Shown: positions 39,684-49,768 of the stretch, in pieces
Position numbering within the stretch: position 1 is the stretch's first letter
Layout of the letters: each line of letters starts with the position of its first letter
Source of the DNA: Naegleria gruberi
Lineage: Eukaryota
DNA length: 64,000 nt
Strand: one strand, 5' to 3'
NCBI GenBank assembly: GCA_000004985.1
Contig: GG738859.1
Notes under the pieces: generated by a model
What the model was told of the DNA's origin: nothing
The model's input: only the letters and a program-made list of their open reading frames with translations
The model's database searches: none
Program-made: the position numbers and the translations under genes

Positions 39684-41273
39684 TTATTTCTTCTTATGAG
39701 AAAGGAGCATGAGGGAAGCAACAAAACTTAAAATCATCTTCTTCTTAACTTCAACAATATCTTCCCACAATAAGAAAACAACAGCACCAATCTTTCTGGC
39801 AACTGAAATGGCATACTTGGCATTTTGTTCCTTATCATCAGAAATCATTTCAAGGTTACAAGATTGTGGTGAAATAGCGTGACACAAATTGATCAAGAAA
39901 ACACCATCAGTCAATGATGAATCTTCAAATGATGAAATAGTAGTGTGACCAACAGTCTTGTTAGCCCATTTGAGAACGTCATCTTCACTAACAGCCTTAC
40001 CACCACCAAGATTTTTCAAAGTATCAAGGAGTGAAATCTTCATCAATTGCCAGACGACAGCCAAAACAAGTTTCTTGTTACCATCATTAATATCCTTTCC
40101 TGAAATGTTATTGACCTTAACACCAATATGTTCAGAAGCAGCAACACAAACATTACAATTTCCAACAGCTTGGAAAACATTTCTTGGATACTTTTCAATC
40201 TTCTTTCCTTCAAGACATCCTGGTTTAATCTTTTCCAAAATTTCAGCAAACATTCTTCCATCACGCAAATCATCGAACAAGTTAGCAACGTTAACTCCCA
40301 AACTTTGAATCCAGAAAGTGAAAGCTCTTTCTTCTCTAGTACCTTCACCATCCAAATCCAAAAGATTTGCATAATCAGTCATATCCTTAGGAGCTTCAAG
40401 AGCTGGCCTTGTGTTGAAAAGGTTGGCAACAAAGGCAAGGTTGAGCTTTGAATTACCCTTAACAACATCAAGTGGTTTGACGAGTTTTCTACAATCAATC
40501 TTGGCAGCTTCATTCAACATCTTATCAGCTCTCTTTTCCATATCAGATTCATTCAATGGTGATAAAGTACAACATTCTGGAGCAATTTGCTTCAAGAGAC
40601 GAGTATAAATTTCAGAGTCTGTAACATCGGATGAAAAGTTGGTGATTTTTCTTGATGATCCACTCTTATCCATATGATAGTTAACCCATCTCATAAGAAT
40701 TTCTTCAGTTGGTAATTTAATAAAGCTTTCCAAAGATTCACCTTCCTTCAAGAGGAGAACCAATTCAGGATGGTGCTTGATTGAAATATCCTTAGTAAGA
40801 CATCTCTTAAGAACTTGCCACAATAATCCTAGGACAATGTGTGGTAGACCTTCTTGAATACTGGTTCTGGTAATGTTAACAGTTTTACAACCAATACCAG
40901 CAGCAGAGTTGATGGCCAATTCCAAGTTTTCATTAAGTTGCCATGGATTCAAATTTCCCTTCATGTTAATGACACGTTCGTCAATAGTTTGAGGAGAAGC
41001 AATATTAATTAATTTACTATTAACAATTACCAAAAAATCATCTCTGTTTAAAAAAACCTACCAAAAGATGATACCATCCTTAAGTTTATCAAACAAAGCT
41101 TCACTGTGAATAGGAAGCTTTGACTTGACATCCTTATCCTCTCTAAGTTCGTTGGAAATGTATTCAGAAAAACTTTCGACTTCAGCCTTATCGAATGAGT
41201 GAGTACCAGTTACACCACTCACTGAGGTAGTATTTTCAGAACGACTGGTAAGCTTTGCTTGTGTTGAGGACAT
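39684..41273 (-). CDS. fimbrin/plastin-type actin-bundling protein (four CH domains) lacking the N-terminal EF-hand headpiece; 2 exons (41062..41273, 39684..41016), 45-nt intron
   Basis: Exon 1 MSSTQAKLTSRSENTTSVSGVTGTHSFDKAEVESFSEYISNELREDKDVKSKLPIHSEALFDKLKDGIIF. Intron gtaggtttttttaaacagagatgattttttggtaattgttaatag (41017..41061). Exon 2 CKLINIASPQTIDERVINMKGNLNPWQLNENLELAINSAAGIGCKTVNI...GLPHIVLGLLWQVLK.... The spliced junction DGIIFCKLINIASPQTIDER matches human plastin [20 protein letters not shown]. The unspliced sequence has an in-frame TAG. Confidence 0.8.
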
Positions 41274-41850
41274 TTTTTATTGTGATTGTATTGTACTGGT
41301 GTCTCCAAGCGCCCTTTTGTGGGTTTCACATTGGAATATTGAGAAAATGCTTGTTTGTGGGATTCTTTAGATGCTGTTTCTCGATCTCCATGTATAAAAA
41401 TCAACTCTTTGAGGTCGAATAATATTGATCATTATGAGAAATATGAGTATAGTGCTGTATTATATTACTGTCAAGTGACATTTAACTTGAAGATCAAGTC
41501 GCTTATTAAGGAATAAATAATCAACAAGTGGAAGAGAGCTCTCCCAACATTCTATTTTTAAAGTATAACAGAACATGTTCTGTACTTAGAGCTGTTCACC
41601 ATCTTTCATTATCAAAATATTGCCAGCTTGAATGTCACCTTCTCAAATTTATTAAGGATATAACACTTGAAAGTTGTTCAAAGGAATAAAAATTGTAGAT
41701 CACACTTGTTATCATTTAAAGGAATTTTGTACCAAACATGTTGGATACCTTTGTACAAAAATGCAATATCTGTCCTAATTCAAAGTTTCTAGGGTTGGCG
41801 CCACAGTAAATTTAAAGCCGTTTTGTCGTTGAGGTGAATTTAAAAAAAAA

Positions 41851-42336
41851 ATGCTGACCTCAAAAACAAGAAGAGACAGTAGTGAGAGGAGTAGAACAGG
41901 AAGCACGCAGAGAGTGATTAGACAAAATGGAGAGTTGTTTGGAGTGATACACGAAAGTAGAGCATCAAAAACAGCAAGGGATGATTACTTTCGACCGGAA
42001 TCAACCTACTCATCATCATTTGTAGTACCTAGAACATCCGATCAGCTCAACTCATCAGGTTCTTCTTTTAAAAAACCATTAATGCCTTATAAAATGAATG
42101 CTCCTAGAAATATGCTACCAGTTAGATTCTCTCATGATACTGTTCAAGGAAGGAAGAATGCCAGAAACAGCAGTCAATTCAATCTGAGGGATGGAGCTAA
42201 TTCTGATCGAACACGGTTTAGGACAACCAATCAAGTGAGCTACATTAATCATTCGGGTGGTCTTCCTGTTGGATTTGAAAATAAGGGGATACTGAGCGAG
42301 AAAACAAAGTGGTTCCACAAACGTCAAATGGATTAA
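41851..42336 (+). CDS. hypothetical basic Ser/Arg-rich protein (161 aa)
   Basis: ATG-initiated ORF after a 570-nt spacer. Composition is R/S/T-rich. No recognisable domain. Confidence 0.3.
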   Translation: MLTSKTRRDSSERSRTGSTQRVIRQNGELFGVIHESRASKTARDDYFRPESTYSSSFVVPRTSDQLNSSGSSFKKPLMPYKMNAPRNMLPVRFSHDTVQGRKNARNSSQFNLRDGANSDRTRFRTTNQVSYINHSGGLPVGFENKGILSEKTKWFHKRQMD

Positions 42337-42949
42337 CAGCTCCTTATTTCCCATCCTCTTCCTTCATCATTGTACATATTAAAAAAAGCTAAGCCCAGAT
42401 GATTATTGATTAATATTCAAACAATTGTCTCTCCTAGATATTTAAATAAACTTTTATTCTGAAAATGGTTGATACTTTTGTAACCTGTTTTGAATTACAA
42501 CCTCTTAACCATTTGATCCTGCAACCTCTGAATTCTAATACTTCAACATTATTGAACTCAAAGTGACAATACATTTGTGTTGATAATATTCATCCCAATG
42601 AGACAAACTTTGTTGAACTTAAAGTTGACACCCTTAGACACCAATTAAAGGTTGATAATCTCTTTCTCTAAATGTCTCTCTCTTCATAAATCTCCAGCAG
42701 ACAAGGCATTAAAGATTATAAACCATCCATTATCATAATATTCCAGCCACAAGTGCAAACTTGAAAAACAAAAAACAACAAGACCATTCCAAGACAATTA
42801 TACCAAATATCCTCTGTAATAGTCTGTCCAATACAAGGCCCATTTCTTTTGAAAGTTTACCGATATCAAAAACGTTAATTAACCAACAACAAGCAACTCA
42901 TAGCCCAACATATTAAACCAACAAAAAAACACTCCAACCGAAAAACAAC

Positions 42950-44380
42950 ATGACGCAAGAGGATCCATACGGAAACGATGAAGATCTTCTCATAATTGAC
43001 AATCATAAACCCCTTAGTGTTGTTCAACAACTTGTACCAAAGGAGGAACCACCTCAGTCAAAACTTCCACTGGAAGAAATAGCAGAAAATGAGCGTTCAA
43101 CCTTAACAAAGAGTACCTCTCATCCTAATTCTCTTTCTCCTCGATTGAATTCGCTATCTATTGTGAATAGTGAAAATAATGGAGTTGTTTCTCAAAGTAG
43201 TATAAGAAGAAAATCAATTGTATCTAATAGTCCTATCATTCCTCCTAAAACCTTCTCATCACTTAAAGATGATTTTAAAATAATGTATAGAGTCTTTACT
43301 CATCTTACCTATGTAGAATTAATCCGAGTTGGAAATACTTGTTCTTTCTGGAGAATGATACTAAGAGATTGTGAAAAACTTAGCAAACAAAAAGAGAAAC
43401 TCATGGGTGTTGAGTACGTCGATTTATATGAGAGAGAATGCAAAAGATTATGGCCTTCTAATCATGATGTGTCGAGATACCCACCAGAGAGGCCACTTGC
43501 ACCAACTGCTGAAACATTCAAAGTGAAAAATGATGACGAGGAAGAAATTAAACCATCATCACAAAGAAGAGCATCCATCCTTGAACTTGACACAGGAGGT
43601 TATAGAAGAATGCTTCTCGATAGAAATAGAGAAAACGAGTTATTCCCTATTGTATATTTAGAATTTTCAAAAACATCAAGACAATCCTATCTAAGCAATA
43701 ACAGTAGTGAATTTGTGAGTTTGGGAAGAGTTGAAATTAAATTGAATAAGAAAGAAGCCCCTAAGGCAGCAGAGAATTTTAGATGTTTGTGCACAGGAGA
43801 AAAGGGATTATCTCCAAATTCAATTCCTCTCTATTTTAAGGGTGCAACCATGCACAAAGCACTCCAAGCCACTTTTATTCAGGGTGGTGATATTGTCTAT
43901 TCAGGTGCTAGTGGATGGTGGCAAGCTCAATATGGAAAGGAAATTGCATCATCAAGAAACGACCCAATTGCAGTAGAGGGAGAAGGATCTGAAAGCATTT
44001 ATGGACAAACTTTTGATAGTGACTCCAGTGAATTATGTCACAATCCTGGATCCGTTTCTTGTGTTGTTAAACCTGGTAATGGATGTCAATTTAATATTTG
44101 TGTAACAAAGTGTAAAGAGCTAGATGGAAAGCAAATTGTATTTGGAGAAGTTGTTAAAGGTCAAGAAGTTGTCAGAAAGATTGAAACAATTATCCTTATT
44201 GCTCAGCAAGCCGCACCTGAAGATCAAGAGGTGGTCTTTATCAAGGCTTGTGGTCAAACTGGTTTCAGTGGAAAAACATTCGACATGTGGACTCATGAAA
44301 TACTGACCGAGGTAATGGAAGAACCAAAAACAGTTGTACGAAATGAACCAGTGAAATCGAGAACATGCCAAATTTTATAA
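42950..44380 (+). CDS. F-box protein with C-terminal cyclophilin-like (PPIase-fold) domain
   Basis: ATG 42950. Disordered N-terminus. F-box-like IMYRVFTHLTYVELIRVGNTCSFWRMILRDCEKL. Cyclophilin-like VEIKLNKKEAPKAAENFRCLCTGEKGL...GATMHKALQATFIQGGDIV...SIYGQTFDSDSSELCHNPGSVSCVVKPGNGCQFNICVTKCKELDGKQIVFGEVVKG. Compare [45 protein letters not shown]...GKSIYG.KF.DE.F.L.H...G.LSMAN.GPNTNGSQFFI.T....WLDGKHVVFG.V..G. The catalytic Arg/His positions are altered. Confidence 0.55.
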   Translation: MTQEDPYGNDEDLLIIDNHKPLSVVQQLVPKEEPPQSKLPLEEIAENERSTLTKSTSHPNSLSPRLNSLSIVNSENNGVVSQSSIRRKSIVSNSPIIPPKTFSSLKDDFKIMYRVFTHLTYVELIRVGNTCSFWRMILRDCEKLSKQKEKLMGVEYVDLYERECKRLWPSNHDVSRYPPERPLAPTAETFKVKNDDEEEIKPSSQRRASILELDTGGYRRMLLDRNRENELFPIVYLEFSKTSRQSYLSNNSSEFVSLGRVEIKLNKKEAPKAAENFRCLCTGEKGLSPNSIPLYFKGATMHKALQATFIQGGDIVYSGASGWWQAQYGKEIASSRNDPIAVEGEGSESIYGQTFDSDSSELCHNPGSVSCVVKPGNGCQFNICVTKCKELDGKQIVFGEVVKGQEVVRKIETIILIAQQAAPEDQEVVFIKACGQTGFSGKTFDMWTHEILTEVMEEPKTVVRNEPVKSRTCQIL

Positions 44381-44512
44381 TAGAAATATTTATTTAATAA
44401 AACATTAACTTTAATTCATTCTTTTGTTAACATAATTATTAATTCAATTAAAAGCTTGTCAATTTGAAATTGAAAAACAATTAAAATTCAAATAATTTGG
44501 ACTTCAAAAAAA

Positions 44513-47451
44513 ATGAGCACACATCATCGTAGTTCAAGTCTCCATCAGGAGAATAAAAAACACAAATCAAAGCACATCAGTAAGCGTCAATTAAAGAAGG
44601 AAAGTAAAGGTCGTGTTGAACATGAAGGTGGTCTCAAAGCATCTCAAATGAAGAAGACTCATCAAAACGCCAAAGCTCAACGTAAACAACGTGCTAAACA
44701 AGTTCGGGATAACAAGAAACAACAAATTTTATATAGACAACGTTTGGGAAGAAGTGGCAATCCACCAAGAATTGTCTCTGTCATGTCTTTGAGTGGACAA
44801 GGTATGTTGATGATTTAAATTTCCTCCGAGTTTTAACCGAATTAAAAGATGAAGGAGAAGTTGAAAGTGTATTTTCTGATATTATGAGTAGAAGTGAAGA
44901 ATTTGAAAGTGGAAAAATTAATTTGAATGATTTGGATTTTTCTAGTGTTCGTTCAATTCGGTAGGTAATCAAATGATAATTGACTAACCATTTCAATAGT
45001 CTTCAAAAGGAATTCCAACAAAAATCACTTACTCTCTTCTGTGTGAAACAAGCAAATTCTAGATCTGTTTTGGATGCTGCTAAAGTTTCCGATATTATGA
45101 TTTTTGTTCTTCCAGCTCAAAGTATTCAATTCAATGGTAATCAAGAACCATCCTTACATCCAACTGCTAAATATAATCTCTCACTTCTTAGAGCTCAAGG
45201 TTTACCATCTAGTATTGTCGTTTTACAAGGATTGAATCAAATTTCTCAAAAAAAGCAAAATGATGTGAAACAAGTTGTTAACAAGATTATGAAGGATGAA
45301 ATTCCAGACTTTGAAAAGGTCTTTTCATTGACTTCAACAACAAATAGTATGGATGATTCTGCCAATTTTGAAACTACCAAGACAGAAATGAAACAAATTT
45401 TGTTACGTTTGAATTCATTAACACCAAAAACTATCTATTGGAGAGAAAATCATCCATACATGATTGTGGAAAATCTTGAATTCATCAAGAAGGATCAATC
45501 TGAAATCAATGAATTATCAGATGAAAATAGTAATAATGGTACACTTGTTATTCGTGGATATTTACGTGGTAAACCAGCCAGTCCAAATCAACTTTTCCAT
45601 CTTGTCAATTATGGTACTTATCAATTGGATAAAATTGTTTTGGAAAAGGAAAATTCACATGCTTACTCAAAGAAGAAACAACAAGGTTCTAGTTCAAATG
45701 CAATGGAAGATGACAAGGTTGGTACTAGTCAAATGAGTACAACTGCTGATTCCAATGAACCAAAAACCTTGTTACCAGATGAAAAGCAAGAATCTCTTCA
45801 AACTGCTCTTGAACCAAATCTTATGGATGGTGAACAAACCTTGCCAACCAAGGAAGATTATGAAATGGAATTGGCTAACCAAATTACTGAAAAACAAGCT
45901 GGTTATGTTTACCATAAGAAGGTTGTTCCAAAGGGTATGACTCCAACTGAAGCTGCTTGGATTATTGACCATTTGGAAGATGCTGAAGAAGACCAATCCG
46001 ATGAGGAAGAAGATGAAATGATTGATGAAGCCAACAGAGCTGTTGCTGCTGATGAAGAAGAAAGACGTGTCGATTTCAATTTTGATATTGCTTCTGAAGC
46101 TCAAACTCATATTGAAAAACACTTCAACTTGGACGAAATGGATGAAGATATGACTGAAGAAGAAAGAATTGCTGAAATGATGCGTGCCATTAAATCCAGA
46201 AAGGAGATGAAGAATGAAATGGATTATCCTGATGAAGTTGATACACCATTAGATATTCCAGCTCGTGTCCGTTTCCAAAAATACAGAGGTTTGAAATCAT
46301 TCAGATCTTCACCATGGGATGCTGAAGAAAATTTACCATTGGATTATTCACGTATTTTCAGATTTAAGAATTTCCAAACATCTCAAAAGCTTGCTTTGGA
46401 AGGTTTTGATCCAGAAAATGATTACAATTTATGGGAAAATTATATCACTCTCCACATTGCTAATGTTCCAGCCAACATGTGTGAAGTTATTCAACAAAAG
46501 AAGGAACCACTCATTGTCTTTGGTTTACTTAAACACGAACAAAAGACCAGTCTTGTCCATTTACTTGTAAAGAGAACTAACGACTCAGTTGTTGTTAAAC
46601 AATCAACAAGTTATGATCCATCTGATAATATTACAAAGATGATTGAATACCATCCTCAAGAAGACGATGATGGTGAAGAAGAGCCAATACCTGGTGCTGA
46701 AGTTGAAGAAAATCCAATCAAATCTAAGGATGAACTTATTATTCAAATTGGTTTCAGAACATTTAAATGTAATCCTATTTATTCGGAACATAATCCTAGA
46801 AATGATAAGCACAAATACGAAAGATTCTTTGCTCCATATCGTTTCCTTATTGCCACAGTGTATGCTCCAGTAACCTTTAAACCTGCACCTGTTTTAATGT
46901 TCCGAAGGAATAATAAGAATACCATGTCACTTGTTGACAATATGATTGTACAAACTGAACCATCACAAACTCTTGATCAACCAAATCTTGACTTTGTTGG
47001 TCATGGCACAGTTCACGGTGTTGATCCATACCGTAGAGTTATTAAGAAGATTATTCTTACTGGTCACCCTTACAAACTTCATAAGAATCAAGTTGTTGCT
47101 CGTTACATGTTCTTCAATCCAGAAGATATTCGTTGGTTCAAACCAGTTGAAGTTTATACTAAATATGGTAGACATGGTATTATCAAAGAAGCTGTTGGTA
47201 CTCATGGTTATATGCGTTGTTTATTCGATGATATTGTCCTTCCAAAGGATACTATTTGTATGAATTTATACAAGAGAGTTTTCCCAAAGTGGACCACAGA
47301 GAGTTCATCCCTGTTAGCAGGTCCAACTATTTCAATTCCTCGTCCACTTAAACAAACTACATCATCTGGTGGTGCTTACCTCAATGAAGAAGCAATTAGA
47401 AGATTGGGTATTATGTCCAAATCTGAAGAATTAGAAATGATTGAAGACTAA
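44513..47451 (+). CDS. TSR1: ribosome biogenesis protein TSR1 (pre-40S GTPase-like factor); 3 exons (44513..44801, 44849..44960, 45000..47451)
   Basis: MSTHHRSSSLHQENKKHKSKH...RQRLGRSGNPPRIVSVMSLSGQ aligns with the TSR1 N-terminus (HRS.LKQ.NK..KSKHASKG...PP..V.VVPL). Downstream: ...LDAAKVSDIMIFVL..., EVDTPLDIPARVRFQKYRGLKSFRSSPWDAEENLPLDYSRIFRFKNFQ, HPYKLHKNQVVARYMFFNPEDIRWFKPVEVYTKYGRHGIIKE..GTHGYMRCLFD, LYKRVFPKWT. Introns are 47 nt (gtatgttgat...aattaaaag) and 39 nt (gtaggtaatc...tgactaacc...caatag). Confidence 0.8.
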
Positions 47452-47566
47452 ATTATTAAAAAACTATTCATGTATGCTCCTTCAGTTGTTTTAATTGAAA
47501 ATTATTTTCGACTTTAGTCCTTAATATATTCATCCAATTTAAATTTCAAAAAAAATATAATTTAAT

Positions 47567-48685
47567 TTAATTGAATGGAAGTTCTGTTTCATCGAATTGG
47601 AATTCCTCTTCAACAGTCTTAGGTTCTTCTTGAGTTTTTTGTTCTTGTACAATACCATCAGTTTGTTTCATTTCACCATCAATACTAAGTTCTCCTTGTT
47701 TAGCTCCACACCATGTTGTTGTGAATTGAATAGTTTGTCCTGCCACCAGTTCATGTAAAAGTTTTTCATTTGGAATAAAAACAGAGGCATTGAACATGTT
47801 GAGCACTTTACAAAAAACTCTTCTAGTGTTATAATTAACATTTGTGATTGTACCTCTCAAAATTGTTCCGTATGTTGGTGAAAACAAGATAAATGTTGCT
47901 GCAATAGTTACTGCTGAAACGGATGGGTTAGTATCAAACTGTATCACTGATCCTTCTTCCAAAATTTTAACATTTTCAACACCCATTACAAATCCTCTCA
48001 ATTTAGTATCATATCCATTTACAAGGTGATAGGCTCTATCGAAAAGTTGTTTCTCTATTAATTTTTCCATTTCTGTTTGGGTTGTTTGTTTCACTTCTTG
48101 TTCCCCTGATAGGAAATCACTTCCATTAGAAAGTGCCATATGTGTTTGATAAATTCCACCATAATTATAAAGTGGGTATGTCATGACGGCTCTCCTTTTC
48201 ACAAAGAAGACATTGTAGTCAAACTCTTCTGGAAAGAGTTTTCTTATTGTTTCTTCGTCTCTAAAGAATTTCGAGAATTTAGGAGCAACTTGTTTGATTT
48301 GGTCTTCACAAATTGTTGTGAATTGAGGCTTCTTCTTTCTGTATTCGTCGTGGCTAAATTGTGTTCTGATGAAATTCCAAAAAGTTGGTGTGTGTTCAAG
48401 ACGAGAGATGAAACTAACAAGGGTCAATGTACGATAAAAGACAGACTTGTTAGAATCAAAGAATTCACAAACAATATTTGAGAGTTGTTTCTTTTGTTGT
48501 TCATCCATTTCCACAAGACCGGAATCTGTTTTTACATTTTCTTTAACAGCAGGTCTTTCCTTTTCTCTAAAAACCTTCTTCTTTTTAGATTCATTGTTTT
48601 CTTGTTGTTCAACTACGACAACTTCCTCATCGACAGGCAACTCGTCCGCTTTTCTCTTCTTGTCTTGGGCCATTTTTTTCATCAA
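47567..48685 (-). CDS. hypothetical protein (~372 aa) with K/E-rich N-terminus and possible C-terminal OB/S1-like beta domain
   Basis: First ATG gives MKKMAQDKKRKADELP...; the track start 48688 is TTG. Single ORF. C-terminal region KILEEGSVIQFDTNPSVSAVTIAATFILFSPTYGTILRGTITNVNYNTRRVFCKVLNMFNASVFIPN is beta-rich. No confident family assignment. Confidence 0.4.
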   Translation of the reverse strand: MMKKMAQDKKRKADELPVDEEVVVVEQQENNESKKKKVFREKERPAVKENVKTDSGLVEMDEQQKKQLSNIVCEFFDSNKSVFYRTLTLVSFISRLEHTPTFWNFIRTQFSHDEYRKKKPQFTTICEDQIKQVAPKFSKFFRDEETIRKLFPEEFDYNVFFVKRRAVMTYPLYNYGGIYQTHMALSNGSDFLSGEQEVKQTTQTEMEKLIEKQLFDRAYHLVNGYDTKLRGFVMGVENVKILEEGSVIQFDTNPSVSAVTIAATFILFSPTYGTILRGTITNVNYNTRRVFCKVLNMFNASVFIPNEKLLHELVAGQTIQFTTTWCGAKQGELSIDGEMKQTDGIVQEQKTQEEPKTVEEEFQFDETELPFN

Positions 48686-48827
48686 CAAAATTTTGAATTT
48701 TGAGCAACAACAATTGTTCCTTCATCAGAGAGAAGAATTAAATCATCACAAACGCAAACAACTTGTTTCATAGTATATGTGATTCATGTTCGTTTTAACA
48801 ACAACAAATAGAAATAAAGTACAAGGT

Positions 48828-49268
48828 TTAATGCTTCAAGAAGTGAAGATCAACAGCAGAAGGTAACAATGCCTTCATACTGCTTTCCAAAACTTCATTA
48901 GTTTCCGAATTGACAATTAAAACAGGGAAGTCATTAGTCTTATCATCAACAAATTCTTGGAGAACTTGTCTACAAGCACCACAAGGTGTAACTCCAATGT
49001 TTGTAGAAACAACAATACCCTTGATACAATGACAATTGTTGGAGACCATCTTCATGACAGCACATCTTTCAGCACAGATGGTGAGGCCATAACTTTGGTT
49101 TTCAACATTGCAGCCAGTATAAAGTTGTCCATCGTCTCCTAGAATGCAAGCTCCTACATGAAACTTAGAGTATGGACAATAGGCAATTTTTTGTGTGTCA
49201 ATGCTCTTGCTAATCATGGTTTCCTTGAGAGCTGGATCCTTTTGGAAGATGGATTGTTGTTCTTGCAT
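48828..49268 (-). CDS. cytidine deaminase (homotetrameric CDA type, zinc-binding)
   Basis: ATG 49266-49268; 146 aa. AYCPYSKFHVGACILGDDGQLYTGCNVENQSYGLTICAERCAVMKMVSNN...TPCGACRQVLQEF has the CDA zinc ligands (C/H-AE...PCGxCRQ) and spacing. Confidence 0.85.
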   Translation of the reverse strand: MQEQQSIFQKDPALKETMISKSIDTQKIAYCPYSKFHVGACILGDDGQLYTGCNVENQSYGLTICAERCAVMKMVSNNCHCIKGIVVSTNIGVTPCGACRQVLQEFVDDKTNDFPVLIVNSETNEVLESSMKALLPSAVDLHFLKH

Positions 49269-49597
49269 TTTGTGTATTGATTACAGTAGTACTACTAGTA
49301 AGGATGCTTGTTGTATTTACTTGTTTGGTTCTGAAGTCCAAGGTGAAGAGAGCGAGGCTAATTCAAAATAAAAGGCTTTGCCCGTGTGATCCAGATATTT
49401 TTTTCTAATAAACAACACATTTTTGCAGTATCAAGATATTAATATCGTGGGAGCAGCAAACCAGGGTTTTCTTTCCACTTAAACCCACTTTAAAACAAAT
49501 GCCATAAAGACATCAAGTTAGAGTTAATTTTCATTATCATCTCCAAATTTGGTGGATTGAATGCGAACTTTTGTGAGAATTATACGCTTCGTAAGGA

Positions 49598-49670
49598 TCC
49601 CCCTTAGCTCAGTCGGTAGAGCGTCAGACTGTTAATCTGCAGGTCGGTGGTTCGAGCCCACCAGGGGGAG
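49598..49670 (+). tRNA. tRNA-Asn (anticodon GTT), 73 nt, bacterial/organellar-like sequence type
   Basis: TCCCCCTTAGCTCAGTCGGTAGAGCGTCAGACTGTTAATCTGCAGGTCGGTGGTTCGAGCCCACCAGGGGGAG. Cloverleaf with a 7-bp acceptor stem (U1-A72), D arm GCTCAGTCGGTAGAGC, anticodon loop CUGUUAA, T arm GGTGG/TTCGAGC/CCACC. There is one U-C mismatch at the top of the anticodon stem. TTTT lies 8 nt downstream. Confidence 0.75.
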
Positions 49671-49768
49671 AATATGTTTTATTAATTTGTTGCTTGTGGA
49701 GTTTTGACTACCAACAGGAGTTGAGAATAACCTTCAGCAGTGATCGAAAAAAATCTAAGATTAAAAAA

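Noticed and set aside
41017-41061. Fimbrin read as a pseudogene with an in-frame TAG stop between two ORFs.
   Set aside because: A 45-nt GTAGGT...AATAG intron removes the stop and recreates the conserved DGI(I/V)xCK(M/L)IN junction.
41219-42354. Minus-strand short ORFs 41219..41404 and 42115..42354.
   Set aside because: They overlap spacer DNA or are antisense to the plus-strand hypothetical gene 41851..42336. No motifs are present and they are spurious.
44802-44848. TSR1 frameshift, pseudogene or programmed frameshift.
   Set aside because: A canonical 47-nt GTATGT...AAAAG intron restores the frame with sensible spacing relative to yeast and human TSR1. Some ambiguity remains and is recorded as a finding.
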